DNA of 64,000 nucleotides from Candidatus Saliniplasma sp. (GCA_048622455.1 JBMCUO010000001.1:2437-66436); one strand, 5' to 3'; positions 1 to 11,159 are shown, counted from the stretch's first letter. The notes: generated by a model not told the origin, from the letters alone. A program made the numbers and translations.

Positions 1-62
1 TGCCTGTAAGATCGGCAGCATAGAGGGAGTGGATTAAGATTACATCAAAAGAAAGCCTGACT

Positions 63-2069
63 TTGGTCGTAGTTATTTTGATAGTTGCTAGTATTTTTAC
101 CGCTGCAGTTGGCTCTGTGGCGAGTTTGGATGAGAGTGAAAGAGTTACTGTTGAAGATGAAAGCATAAGTGCAGATGATCCTATAGAGATTTATGACTGG
201 CATGACCTCGATAATGTTAGGAACAACTTGAGTGCCGACTATGTTTTGATGAACGATTTAGATGAGGATACTGAAGGTTACATGGATTACAATGACCCAG
301 ATACTGAAGGATGGGAGCCGATAGGCGATTGTGATGATGAAGATGTAGAGTTCAATGGAACTTTTGACGGAAATGGATATGAGATAAGAGACCTATACAT
401 TGACAGATCCGGTGAAGATTTTCTAGGTCTTTTTGGATGGTCTGAAGGAAAACTCGTAAACATCAGCCTTGTCAATACAAACGTGAGCGGAGACAGTTAT
501 GTAGGCGGGCTCGTGGGATTGAACGTTGGCACGGTGTCGAACTCGTATGCTACAGGGAACGTGAGGGGAAAAGAGCAAGTAGGCGGACTCGTCGGAGGGA
601 TCTCCCACGGACGGAGCCACCATGATAGCATTGTTGAGGATTCATATGCAACAGGAGATGTGAGCGGAGAAGAATATATTGGCGGGCTAGTAGGAAAGAA
701 CAGTGGTACGTTGAGCGATTCTTATTCAACGGGAAATGTGATCGGAGAAAGATATGTTGGTGGACTCGTTGGTAGTACATTGGACGGATCGACAAATGTT
801 GAAAATTCTCATTACAATATAGATGAAGTTTTGATCAACGGCGAACATAGAGTAACTCTAAGTGGCCTTTTCGATAAACAGTATCAAGATTGGATGGAGG
901 ATAAGGAATTGGATATAGAGGATTATAGTGATTCTCTAGAACCTGCAGGAGAATACTATGAGATAAGTGATGTCCAGGGTATTCGAGACCTTTTGGGTTT
1001 CGCAAGGGAGGATAAATATAAATTCCGTCTTGTTGATGATTTAGACTTATCAGGTGAACAAGATCTGTACATTCCTTATTTTGGAGCAGAGTTCGAGGGT
1101 AATGGTTATACAATATCTAACCTCGAACTAGATTTGCCTTTTGTAGCTTTTATAGGTTTGTTTGGATGCAATGATGGAGGACTAGTTAGAGATATTGAAT
1201 TAGTAAATATTAATATGACCGGATACTTTTTTGTAGGCGGACTCGTCGGATACAACTTTGGCACGGTGGAAAACTCGCACGCTACTGGAAACGTGAGCGG
1301 GGGAGATTATGTAGGTGGACTCGTCGGATCGAACGAAGGCACGGTCAGCAACTCGTATGCTACTGGAAACGTGAAAGGATCTGGTAATGTAGGCGGGCTA
1401 GTAGGACTTAACCGGGATATCGTTAAAAACTCTTACGCTACAGGAGATGTGAGCGGAGATAGGCAGGTAAGCGGACTCGTCGGATACAACTCTGGCACGA
1501 GCACGGTGTCAAACTCGTATGCTACCGGAGACGTGGACGGGGAAACGAATATAGGCGGGCTCGTGGGGGTCAACGATGGAAGCACGGTCAATAACTCGTA
1601 TGCTACGGGGAACGTGAGCGGAGGCGGAAATGTAGGCGGGCTTGTGGGGGTCAACGATGAAGGGACATTTACTGAAGGAACGGTGGAGAACTCGTATGCT
1701 ACAGGGAACGTGAGGGGAAAAGAGCAAGTAGGCGGACTCGTCGGATACAACTTTGGCACGGTTGAGAACTCCTTTTGGGATATAGAGACCTCAGGAATCG
1801 AAGATAGCGATGGAGGAACCGGTCTTACCACGGATGAGATGATTCAAAAGGAGACCTTCACCGACGCAGACTGGGATTTCGATGGGAACTGGGACATTCT
1901 CGAGGGAGAAACCTATCCTTTCCTTCAGTGGCAGGAAGAAGATACCTATCCCTATCAGGAAGAACCAGGAGAGGATGAAGACGACGGTATCCCAGGATTC
2001 ACTACGGCGCTCTTGTTACTGGCTTCCATCATCGCTGTAGCTATCTACCAGAAAAAGAGTAGGAAGTGA
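63..2069 (+). CDS. GLUG-motif repeat cell-surface protein with PGF-CTERM (archaeosortase A) sorting signal
   Basis: Many 'VGGLVGxN-GTVxNSYATGNV' repeats, N-terminal hydrophobic stretch, very acidic, C-terminal IPGF + TM + KKSRK. Frame is open upstream to the TAG at 21-23, so the true start may be ATT at 33 or 39. Confidence 0.85.
   Translation: MVVVILIVASIFTAAVGSVASLDESERVTVEDESISADDPIEIYDWHDLDNVRNNLSADYVLMNDLDEDTEGYMDYNDPDTEGWEPIGDCDDEDVEFNGTFDGNGYEIRDLYIDRSGEDFLGLFGWSEGKLVNISLVNTNVSGDSYVGGLVGLNVGTVSNSYATGNVRGKEQVGGLVGGISHGRSHHDSIVEDSYATGDVSGEEYIGGLVGKNSGTLSDSYSTGNVIGERYVGGLVGSTLDGSTNVENSHYNIDEVLINGEHRVTLSGLFDKQYQDWMEDKELDIEDYSDSLEPAGEYYEISDVQGIRDLLGFAREDKYKFRLVDDLDLSGEQDLYIPYFGAEFEGNGYTISNLELDLPFVAFIGLFGCNDGGLVRDIELVNINMTGYFFVGGLVGYNFGTVENSHATGNVSGGDYVGGLVGSNEGTVSNSYATGNVKGSGNVGGLVGLNRDIVKNSYATGDVSGDRQVSGLVGYNSGTSTVSNSYATGDVDGETNIGGLVGVNDGSTVNNSYATGNVSGGGNVGGLVGVNDEGTFTEGTVENSYATGNVRGKEQVGGLVGYNFGTVENSFWDIETSGIEDSDGGTGLTTDEMIQKETFTDADWDFDGNWDILEGETYPFLQWQEEDTYPYQEEPGEDEDDGIPGFTTALLLLASIIAVAIYQKKSRK
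539..1762 (+). repeat. Intragenic exact direct repeats among GLUG units (58 bp: 539-596 = 1688-1745; 35 bp: 1233-1267 = 1728-1762)
   Basis: Direct nucleotide comparison. Confidence 0.9.
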
Positions 2070-2240
2070 TGATAAGTTTAAATTCAACCGTAGAAATAAG
2101 AGATAAAAAACCATTTCATCCTTTCTTTCTTAATAGAAATTTTGTATACAAAACGGCGTTAGTTTCCCTTCCCTCGCATTCAATTAATTCACGAAATAGA
2201 TAGCAAAAATAATTTGTAGAATAGAAAATTATCTGATCAT

Positions 2241-2993
2241 ATGACGAAGAGATTGAAAGGAAAGAAGGCTCTGATAACTGGTGCTTCTAGGGGGATAGGA
2301 AGAGCTATAGCAAAGAAGTTTTCTGAAAAAGGGGCGTATATAGGGATAAATTATCACTCCAGCGATGAAAAAGCGAAAAATGTTTTAGATTTCATAAAAA
2401 AGAATTCGGAAGCAGTTCTGCTCAAAGGAGATGTAAGTGATAAAAACGATTGTAAACGCATTGTCGCAGAGTTTGTTGAAGAATTCGGTGGATTGGATAT
2501 ACTGGTGAATAATGCTGGAATTCTGGAGAAGAAAAATTTAGAAGAGTCCACTGTGGATATTTTCGACAAGACGATGGGGGTTAATGTAAGAGGACCGTTC
2601 ATGCTTTCTAAATATTCTATAAGGTATCTGAAGGATTCAAGGTCAGGCAGGATAATAAACATGTCTTCCCATTGGGCCTTTAGAGGTTCAGACCAAGCCA
2701 CATCTTACGTTGTGAGTAAAGCGGCACTTCTTGGACTGACTAGGGCATTGGCACTCGAATTGGGTCCTAAGGGAATCACGGTGAACGGGATAGCTCCCGG
2801 AACGATAGAAACTGATATGATAGAATCCCGCTATTCGGAAGAAGAGAAAAGGGAGCGAGCTGAAAACATTCCCGTCAGGAGATTGGGAAAACCGGAGGAT
2901 ATTGCAGGTACGGCTCTATTCTTAGCTTCGGAAGAAGGAAGTTATGTAAATGGGGAAGTTATCGGAGTCAATGGCGGCATAACCATTCATTAA
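2241..2993 (+). CDS. Short-chain dehydrogenase/reductase (FabG-like)
   Basis: TGASRGIG, NNAG and YVVSK motifs. Confidence 0.9.
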   Translation: MTKRLKGKKALITGASRGIGRAIAKKFSEKGAYIGINYHSSDEKAKNVLDFIKKNSEAVLLKGDVSDKNDCKRIVAEFVEEFGGLDILVNNAGILEKKNLEESTVDIFDKTMGVNVRGPFMLSKYSIRYLKDSRSGRIINMSSHWAFRGSDQATSYVVSKAALLGLTRALALELGPKGITVNGIAPGTIETDMIESRYSEEEKRERAENIPVRRLGKPEDIAGTALFLASEEGSYVNGEVIGVNGGITIH

Positions 2994-3104
2994 TCGATGT
3001 TTAAGATACATCCCATCTTCTTAAAGTGATTTTAGAAGTTATTCTGCTTCTAAGATCGATGGGAAATCCAAAGTTATTTAAAAGGAATTTAGTTACATCT
3101 GATA

Positions 3105-6100
3105 TCATGTGTCTCTTCTCTTAGAATTATATCGCCGATGATTCAAAATCGAAATAACTATAGCTAAAAGTAGTAACAAAAACCACCAAGGGTTGATCGA
3201 TGAGTACTCATCTCTGACGGTAATACTTATCTTTTCCTCATTCACGGATACATCATACTCTCCTGGTTCATTAATAGTGTGGATATGTGTAACGGTCACT
3301 GTTTCACCCCCATCTACGGTCACTGTTTCAGAACCGATATGTTCGCTATCTAAATAGAAATTGACAGTGTATTCTCCAGTTTCATCACCTATGTTAGTTA
3401 CGTCTATCGTCAATTTGAACTCATTACCAGGTTCGATTATTGATGTGTCTACACGTAAATTAGAGACTTCGAACTCCGCAGGAGTAGTTACCGATATCAC
3501 AGAGAAATCGTAGGATCTCTCAATCTCACCTATAGTTACAATTGCGGTATATTCATCTGCCTCATCTATATCATTCCAAGTATATTGTGAAGTACCTTCC
3601 GAGAATGTTAATACTTCTGTTTCAGTGTCTCCGCCTAGTTTCATGGTTACGGGATACTCTCTTTCTAGAACATTACCGTACTCATCCTGGACATCAGATA
3701 TTTCGATTACTGGACTATCTCCTACGTTGATATCATCCACAGAAACTACAAAATCATGGATATCCGCCATTTCCACCGTTAAGACTACAGTTCCTGATGA
3801 AACCTCCTCATATGTAGCTGTAATAAGATATTCTCCTACTGTTGTAACCTCAAACAGTCCTTCCTCCGTATTCTCCCATTCGAAGTCTGAATCCACATCT
3901 GTTATCAAATTGCCGTAGACGTCGTAGGCTACCGCACCAAATTCGATGATCTCTCCCGCTGTGATAGTTATGTTTTCTGTTGGGTCTATCTCCACAGTAT
4001 CTACAACCGAAGGTTCGACTTTTACACCAACCATCTCTGATGTCACATTCCCATAAATTGCAGAAACTTCATAGATGCCAGCTGTTGTCTGCTCGAATAA
4101 TCCATTTTCTGTGGTATTCCTCCAGATGAAATCTGTATCTGTTTCCGTTACCAAGTTACCATAGTCGTCATAGGCTGCTGCACTAAATTCGATGGACTCT
4201 CCTGCTGTGACGGTCGTGTTTCCAGTTGATCCTATCTCTACCATCCCGACTTCACCTGGCTCAACGGTCACCACAATTTCCTTGGATCTGATCCCTCCAT
4301 GTGTCGCAGTAACTACATAATCCCCAGTTATGGTTTTTTGGAACACCCCCGGATCAGTCGTATTCTCCCAACTAAAATCCTCCGGAGTCCGTGTTATTAT
4401 GTTTCCAAATTCATCGAATGCATATGCTGAGAATCGTAACGTTTCACCTGCAGAAATGTTTTGTTCCTTTGATGGCTCAATGATCACTTCGTGAACCTTT
4501 GAAGGTAGGACTTTCAATTTGGTAGTATTCTCTACCCCATCATGAACCGCTGTTATGGACCAATTTCCTTGAAATTCCGACAGATATATGTTATCATCCC
4601 AACTACCACCTGCCTCTTCATCTATCGACCAATCTACTGCGAAAGTGATATCTCCTATTTCCTCTCTGCTCCCCTCATACCCTTTAGCGGTGAATTGCTG
4701 CTCGTTTCCAGCTGTGATAGTCGTATCTCTTGGAGATATAACGATCTCGTCCACCTCATAATCTACGATAAAGGTGACGTTGTTTGTATCTACATTACCA
4801 TTTCCGTCAAAAGCTCTAACTTCAACTGTATATTCTCCGTTAGATAAATTCTCAAAGGTGTGTTCTGTTTGAGTCCCCACATCCTCCCATCCCTCGTTCA
4901 TCTTCAAAGAAAAATTTAAGGCGTCACTGAACCTGTACATAGCTGTCCAACTGACTTTAACAAAACTTTTCGAAATAGCCACTCCCTCAACAGGCTCATC
5001 TATCCTTACATGCGGTGTTGGAACAGGTTCCATCAGTGGATAATAATCAGTAAAAGAATCTCCCTCGTAAATGGAATCCACTACGCCATCGCTTCCTGAT
5101 ATGTTCTGAGACTCGTTATGATATTCATCGACACCGTCATGGTCTGACCAATAATTTCCGCCTGAGGGATACCCATCATCCCATCGATTAGTACCATCAT
5201 CATAGGCCTGGTGCTCATTTTCAATGAAATTGTTATGGTACACGGTATTGTTTCTTGAATCTTGAAGATAGATCCCGTAATCTTCATTAGATGTAAATGA
5301 ATTTTTTCTGATCTCATTTTCTTCGGAATCCCATGCATATAATGCACGGTCTATATTGAATTCGATATCATTACTACCTATAATGTTATCATCTGATCTA
5401 GATAAATAGATACCATATAGCTCACTGTGAGTGATTTTGTTGTCCCGCAGTGTGTTACCGCGAGCCGAGACATATACGCCGTGACCTGCATTGTTCGTTA
5501 TATTATTAGAAAGAATGGAATTAAAATGGGAAGCCCCGAACAACGAAACACCTCGAGTATTACCAAAAATATAATTTCCTTCCACTAGATTAGAACTAGA
5601 ATGGTACAACTCGATTCCAAACTCTTCACTTTTAGATACTTCATTTTCTACTATCTCGTTGAACTCTGAATGATATAGATAGACCCCATTTCCATCATTG
5701 TACTCTAGAGTGTTATTGAATACTACATTATCCGTGGCTTCCTCTATATCTATACCTCTATCATTTTCATCTACGATATTATGACTGATCGTATTATTTC
5801 CGCTCTCTAAAATACTGATACCTTGGCTGTTATCCTTGATAAAGTTATGTTCTACGCTGTTTTCGTCACTCTCATCCCTCAGAAATATACCTTCCTGGAT
5901 ATTAGAATATACCTCGTTATGTATCAGTTCATTAGCCCCTGCCCCATCATATAGGTATATACCCTGTGCTTCGTTCAAGGTTACATCTAAATTATAGACC
6001 GTATTGTTGCTGGACCAGGAGATATAAAGGCCTACAAGATTACCGAGCAGGGTACCATTCGAGATTTCGGTGTGATTGGATTTCCGGAGATAAACACCGT

Positions 6101-9100
6101 TCTCGTTATTGTACTCTATACTATTATCATTTAACGAGTTATGATCCGCGGCTAATAAGTATATCCCTTTACCGCCATTCTGGGCTACGTGATTATCTAC
6201 TAAACTATTCTGTTCGCTCTCTTGTAAAAACATACCGTCTCCATCGTTGTCAAAGATATTATTGGACTGGATTTTATTGTTCCTAGAATCACGTATATCC
6301 AACCCACTGTGACCAGTCCATGAAATCTCATTATCCATTATCTGGTTTCCATCAGAATTAATTAAAGAGATCCCGGTTCTACCACCGAAAACGATAATTG
6401 TTACATTTCTGGTAGCCTGCCATCCATCGATTTCAGCAGTGATCTCGAGTTCCACCTCCCCATATCCAGAAGGAGTCCATATACCCGTATAATACCCGTC
6501 TCCAGGTTCATCACTTCCAGACCCATCGTCTTCGAGGTTTAAAGGGTCCTCTCCAGAGCTGAATTTTACAGATACATCCGCTCCGTGAATGGGATGAACC
6601 CCGTCTGTTAAGGAGATAATGATCTCTGTTTCAGTGAGGATAGCGTGTTCCGACATATTAGTAGGACGATGCAGCCAAAATTGCGGGTCTTCGGGATCTT
6701 CCACCATACCCACGCCTTTAGATGCATTTATCCTGCCTTCAGTTAAGGTTACGCTGTTAAGGTTTTCTATATGATCTGTTGAAGAAAGTATGATATTTTT
6801 CAGGTTTGTATGGTCGTAAGAGCCGTTGTGAGAAGCTAAAAGAGCGGCTAAACCAGAAACATGAGGAGTAGCCATAGAGGTCCCGCTTAAAGATCTGTAA
6901 TCATCGTTACGCCATGTACTGTATATCTGCACTCCTGGAGCAGCTACATGAACACTGTTCTCACCGTAATTAGAGAATGAGGCTAACTCATCGTCCTCAT
7001 CAGTAGCTGCAACGGAGATGATGTTCGGAAGGTCATAACTAGCTGGATAAGTTGGTTCTAGGTCATTATTGGTTCCGTCATTACCTGCTGCAGCGATGCA
7101 TAATATCTCATTATCTCTATGCTTTTCGATAAGGTCGTTTATCAAATCACTTTCTGAGCCGGTCCAACCCCAACTGTTGCTGGTAGCAACAATGTTCACC
7201 CCCTCTTTTCTTTTTTCTAAAACATATTCTAAGGAAGCAGCAGCATCACCTAAAGTCGATGAACCACTGTCATCGAAGATTTTCAAAGCCATCAAACTGA
7301 CGTTCCAGTTAACTCCTGTTACGCCGATGCTGTTATTACCCACAGCCCCGATAGTACCTGCTACGTGAGTTCCGTGACCGTGGCCGTCCAAGGGATGATA
7401 TGAATCATTTACTGCGTTATAACCATGATTGCCGTTTTCATCCTCCCACATATTGGCCGCTAAATCTTCATGATTATAGTCGATACCCGTATCTATGACC
7501 CCAACTACCACATCCTCACTACCAGTGGTACTATTCCATGCTCCCGAGGCACTTATTTTATCCATACCCCAAAGGGAATCGTATCTTGGATCGTTAGGAT
7601 CTGTGGTCAATTCAGTATCACTCGCTAGTTCTATGTTATGATTCGGTTCCGCGTAAATAACTTCAGGCATATCTGAAAGTTTTTCGATAGCCTCTTGAAC
7701 TTCGTCCTCACTCTCTAGTTCTATCTCAGCACCACCCACTGAGGGGAAAACTCGGACTGTTTTACCTTGAATTTTGTTCGACAAACGGTCAGCTTTATTA
7801 TTTAATAAATTTCTAGCTTGTTCGAGTGATATATCTTTCTGAGGTATATCCATTTTGACTAGTAAGCTGTCAGGCGTATGTGATTCGTCTCGACTACGCC
7901 CTAAATTGTTTTCAACTTCCCCATCCACGTTCAAATAATTTTCATCTATTTTATTGCTCTTGGAATCATACAAACGGATACCATACCTGTTGTTAGAGAC
8001 CTGATTAGAACTTACATTATTAAAATTTGAACTGCCGAGATACATACCATATCTTTGGTTTGTTATGCTGTTTTCAGTGATCTTACCATTTTTAGAATCG
8101 ATAATTATGATGCCGTCGTTACTGCGTTGAACTAAATTCTTCTCGATAATGTATTCATCAGATGATTGCAGCATCAATCCGAACTCCGCATTGTCCGTTA
8201 TGCTGTTACCGTACACCTCGTTCCAATGCGACCTCCTGATATAAACTCCATTCTCGCTGCCCTCTGAAACCGTATTATTGATGAATTGGGTGTGATCAGA
8301 GAGGAATACGTATACAGATTGCTCGTTATGAAGTAATGAATTATCCTTTAAGATACTACCTTCAGAATTGTATATGAATGCACCTCTAAAACTATCTGAG
8401 ATATCGTTCGATACGAATCGATTTTCTGGGGATCTATCTATATGAATTCCGTTCCCATTCCTAACCATAGTATTATTTTCTATCAGATTACCCTTAGAAT
8501 TCTGAGCTTCAAAGCCAGAATAGAAGTTATCTTCGAGTGAACTATTTAAAATGACATTATAATCCGAGAAACCTAGTAATATACCCACACTAGCATTATA
8601 CAATTTCTGGTCATGAACCGTTATGCCGGTACTATTCGCTAAAATCACCTGTCCAGCATCCTCAGAGATTTCTTGGTTGGTCCTGTTACTCAAATAATAT
8701 ATCGGTGAACCGTTGACGGTATTCGTTAAATCTATATCATGAGTATTCCAATGTCGAAGGAACCTCCCCCGGATAACGAGACCACTTCGTTCTAAAGTAT
8801 TGTTCTCGATAACGTTTTTGGACGACGACGATAAAGAGATACCTTCTTCACCGTTCCCCTTTAACAGATTATCTTCCAATCGATTTCTGTCTGATGATGA
8901 TGAAACTATACCGATTGAATCGTTATCCGAGATATTATTATTTTTGACTAAAACTTCGTCGTTCTGGTAAATTCGTATTCCATTCATATTATTGATCGAA
9001 GTAGTGCCCATAATCTCATTTTTCTTCCCTGATCCCCATAACATGATGCCCCTGTACGTTTCGAAAACCGTGGTATTAACGATCTGGTTGTGATTAGAAT

Positions 9101-11159
9101 CCCTCATATTTATGCCGTCATCACTTTCATAAAACACAGAATCTTCGATGATATTTTGGTCAGAACTTTCCAATCTGACCCCGTGGAAGACGTTGTTTCC
9201 AGAAGTGACATTATCTAAATGATTGCCATCTGAAAAGGCAAACTGGATACCCGTGCAGACTTCGCTTATGTTCTGGTCCTTTATGGTGATGCTGCTGGAG
9301 TTCGCCAGTATTATCTGCCCAGCCGGTGAAGTTATCTCCTGTCCTACCTCATCTCTTAGATAATACAATGGAAGGCCATTAACAGTGTTAGTTTCTTCTA
9401 TAAGATGAGTGTTCCAGTATTCTACGGAACTCCCCTCTAGATACACTCCCTGATTCTCCATGATATTATCTTCTAGTGAATTTTCTTTTGAATTCGAAAG
9501 TATTATCCCAAAACGATGGTTGTTCAAAACTGAATTATTTTTTACTGCGACCTCATCTGAGTGATGGATATCGACAGCGTTTTGATTCGATTCGAAAGTG
9601 TTGTTGATAAGGTTATTGAATGGTGACTGGGTAAGTATTATGCCTCCAGAATTTCCAGAGATGTTGTTGTCTACAAAATTGTTTTCTTCTGAATCCTGAA
9701 GTGATATACCCTCTCTATTATCCCTAAACGTACAGTTCTTGATGGTGTTAGAATCGGATTTATCAAAAGATATACCGAATCGGGAGTTACTGTTGAATAG
9801 ACTGTCAGTTATTGTATTATTTTTCGAATAGGCGAAAAATAAACCTGTGCTTCCAAGACTGACGTCGATCCCATGGATCTGAATATCCGTGGTATTCACT
9901 AATATTACCTGACCCGCCGGTTCAGTGATGTTCCCACCCACTTGGTTTTTCACATAGTGAACCGGGTCCCTGTTCACTTCATTCGATGATTCGATCTCGT
10001 GTGTGTTCCAGTGATCTAATGCACTACCTTGTATGAAGATACCACAGTTATGCATAGAGTTATCCAAAACAACATTGTAATTAGATGTATCAAGAACTAT
10101 ACCTCCTTTAGATGCGTCAGCGATAGTATTGTTGAACACTTGATTCTGTGAAGACGATGATATCTTAATACCATGCTGCCCGTTTAAGAATTCATTTGTA
10201 TCGATAATATTGCTATCAGACTCATATAATATCAAGCCTTCTGAATTATCCAGGACCTCATTTGAAAATATGTTGTTCTCTCGAGTATCATCGTCCAAAG
10301 CTATACCTATTCCGTTGTTCTCGACTCGATTAGTGGATAGATTATTATCATATCCTCCAGAAACATATATTCCCTTACCATTATCCCATATCGAATTATT
10401 TTCGATATCTATGTTCGTACTCCCTCCAACCAATGATCCTCCTTCAAAATTATCGAATATATCATTATTTTCAATAAGGTTCTGAGACGAATCCCTTATA
10501 AGGATTCCAAAACTATTTTCAGAAAATGTATTATTTACTATATTTCCGTTATTGGTATTATCGAGCACAAGACCACCCCCTGTAGATCGTGTTGCATTGA
10601 ATATATAACAATCTTCTAGAAAGAAATGATCTGTAACATTGCCCATGAATATACCGGAGTCATGTCCCCGACCGTCGACAGCTAGTCCCCCAATTATGTA
10701 AGGGTCATCCTCCGTACCATCACCTGACCATCCTTCGGACTCTACATAGTCAGCCAGCTCTGTATCGCTGTTGATAACTATCCTGGGATGATCCTCATAA
10801 TCAGCAGATATCGTAGCTGAAGTATCGGTAGAGTTAGAGGGATGTGGATTTATCGATGATTCTTTAATATCCATATCCATATCTGAGTGTTCATCCCTTG
10901 GAGAAGGTCTCATGAACTCCTCAACTGAGTTTTCATAGTACCTCCAGTATGGTTTTTCTTCACCTTCACCTTCCCCATTCATCCTTTGTAAAAGATCTCG
11001 ACTAGAAGGGTCAAATCCAGTATCCCTTTCTTCATCCGAGGACATATCTAAGTTCATTTCATCCTCGATGTCAACTCTACCATGAAATAAAGAGATAATA
11101 GACGAGTTAAATAATAAGGAGATTATAGCTATAACACAGAGAATATCGGTCTTATCCAT
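3105..11159 (-). CDS. Giant membrane-anchored surface protein: NosD-like right-handed beta-helix + S8 subtilase + Ig-like/CARDB-like domains
   Basis: Parallel beta-helix repeats (GIxLxxSxxNxIxxN); S8 triad motifs VIDTG, HGTHVAG, GTSMATP; repeated 'F(S/G)AxAYDxYGN' Ig-like units; C-terminal TM + basic tail. Confidence 0.85.
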   Translation of the reverse strand: MDKTDILCVIAIISLLFNSSIISLFHGRVDIEDEMNLDMSSDEERDTGFDPSSRDLLQRMNGEGEGEEKPYWRYYENSVEEFMRPSPRDEHSDMDMDIKESSINPHPSNSTDTSATISADYEDHPRIVINSDTELADYVESEGWSGDGTEDDPYIIGGLAVDGRGHDSGIFMGNVTDHFFLEDCYIFNATRSTGGGLVLDNTNNGNIVNNTFSENSFGILIRDSSQNLIENNDIFDNFEGGSLVGGSTNIDIENNSIWDNGKGIYVSGGYDNNLSTNRVENNGIGIALDDDTRENNIFSNEVLDNSEGLILYESDSNIIDTNEFLNGQHGIKISSSSQNQVFNNTIADASKGGIVLDTSNYNVVLDNSMHNCGIFIQGSALDHWNTHEIESSNEVNRDPVHYVKNQVGGNITEPAGQVILVNTTDIQIHGIDVSLGSTGLFFAYSKNNTITDSLFNSNSRFGISFDKSDSNTIKNCTFRDNREGISLQDSEENNFVDNNISGNSGGIILTQSPFNNLINNTFESNQNAVDIHHSDEVAVKNNSVLNNHRFGIILSNSKENSLEDNIMENQGVYLEGSSVEYWNTHLIEETNTVNGLPLYYLRDEVGQEITSPAGQIILANSSSITIKDQNISEVCTGIQFAFSDGNHLDNVTSGNNVFHGVRLESSDQNIIEDSVFYESDDGINMRDSNHNQIVNTTVFETYRGIMLWGSGKKNEIMGTTSINNMNGIRIYQNDEVLVKNNNISDNDSIGIVSSSSDRNRLEDNLLKGNGEEGISLSSSSKNVIENNTLERSGLVIRGRFLRHWNTHDIDLTNTVNGSPIYYLSNRTNQEISEDAGQVILANSTGITVHDQKLYNASVGILLGFSDYNVILNSSLEDNFYSGFEAQNSKGNLIENNTMVRNGNGIHIDRSPENRFVSNDISDSFRGAFIYNSEGSILKDNSLLHNEQSVYVFLSDHTQFINNTVSEGSENGVYIRRSHWNEVYGNSITDNAEFGLMLQSSDEYIIEKNLVQRSNDGIIIIDSKNGKITENSITNQRYGMYLGSSNFNNVSSNQVSNNRYGIRLYDSKSNKIDENYLNVDGEVENNLGRSRDESHTPDSLLVKMDIPQKDISLEQARNLLNNKADRLSNKIQGKTVRVFPSVGGAEIELESEDEVQEAIEKLSDMPEVIYAEPNHNIELASDTELTTDPNDPRYDSLWGMDKISASGAWNSTTGSEDVVVGVIDTGIDYNHEDLAANMWEDENGNHGYNAVNDSYHPLDGHGHGTHVAGTIGAVGNNSIGVTGVNWNVSLMALKIFDDSGSSTLGDAAASLEYVLEKRKEGVNIVATSNSWGWTGSESDLINDLIEKHRDNEILCIAAAGNDGTNNDLEPTYPASYDLPNIISVAATDEDDELASFSNYGENSVHVAAPGVQIYSTWRNDDYRSLSGTSMATPHVSGLAALLASHNGSYDHTNLKNIILSSTDHIENLNSVTLTEGRINASKGVGMVEDPEDPQFWLHRPTNMSEHAILTETEIIISLTDGVHPIHGADVSVKFSSGEDPLNLEDDGSGSDEPGDGYYTGIWTPSGYGEVELEITAEIDGWQATRNVTIIVFGGRTGISLINSDGNQIMDNEISWTGHSGLDIRDSRNNKIQSNNIFDNDGDGMFLQESEQNSLVDNHVAQNGGKGIYLLAADHNSLNDNSIEYNNENGVYLRKSNHTEISNGTLLGNLVGLYISWSSNNTVYNLDVTLNEAQGIYLYDGAGANELIHNEVYSNIQEGIFLRDESDENSVEHNFIKDNSQGISILESGNNTISHNIVDENDRGIDIEEATDNVVFNNTLEYNDGNGVYLYHSEFNEIVENEVSKSEEFGIELYHSSSNLVEGNYIFGNTRGVSLFGASHFNSILSNNITNNAGHGVYVSARGNTLRDNKITHSELYGIYLSRSDDNIIGSNDIEFNIDRALYAWDSEENEIRKNSFTSNEDYGIYLQDSRNNTVYHNNFIENEHQAYDDGTNRWDDGYPSGGNYWSDHDGVDEYHNESQNISGSDGVVDSIYEGDSFTDYYPLMEPVPTPHVRIDEPVEGVAISKSFVKVSWTAMYRFSDALNFSLKMNEGWEDVGTQTEHTFENLSNGEYTVEVRAFDGNGNVDTNNVTFIVDYEVDEIVISPRDTTITAGNEQQFTAKGYEGSREEIGDITFAVDWSIDEEAGGSWDDNIYLSEFQGNWSITAVHDGVENTTKLKVLPSKVHEVIIEPSKEQNISAGETLRFSAYAFDEFGNIITRTPEDFSWENTTDPGVFQKTITGDYVVTATHGGIRSKEIVVTVEPGEVGMVEIGSTGNTTVTAGESIEFSAAAYDDYGNLVTETDTDFIWRNTTENGLFEQTTAGIYEVSAIYGNVTSEMVGVKVEPSVVDTVEIDPTENITITAGEIIEFGAVAYDVYGNLITDVDSDFEWENTEEGLFEVTTVGEYLITATYEEVSSGTVVLTVEMADIHDFVVSVDDINVGDSPVIEISDVQDEYGNVLEREYPVTMKLGGDTETEVLTFSEGTSQYTWNDIDEADEYTAIVTIGEIERSYDFSVISVTTPAEFEVSNLRVDTSIIEPGNEFKLTIDVTNIGDETGEYTVNFYLDSEHIGSETVTVDGGETVTVTHIHTINEPGEYDVSVNEEKISITVRDEYSSINPWWFLLLLLAIVISILNHRRYNSKRRDT

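Noticed and set aside
539..1762. Diversity-generating retroelement TR/VR pair or CRISPR-like repeats
   Set aside because: Copies are identical, in-frame coding repeats with no adenine-specific mismatches and no reverse transcriptase.
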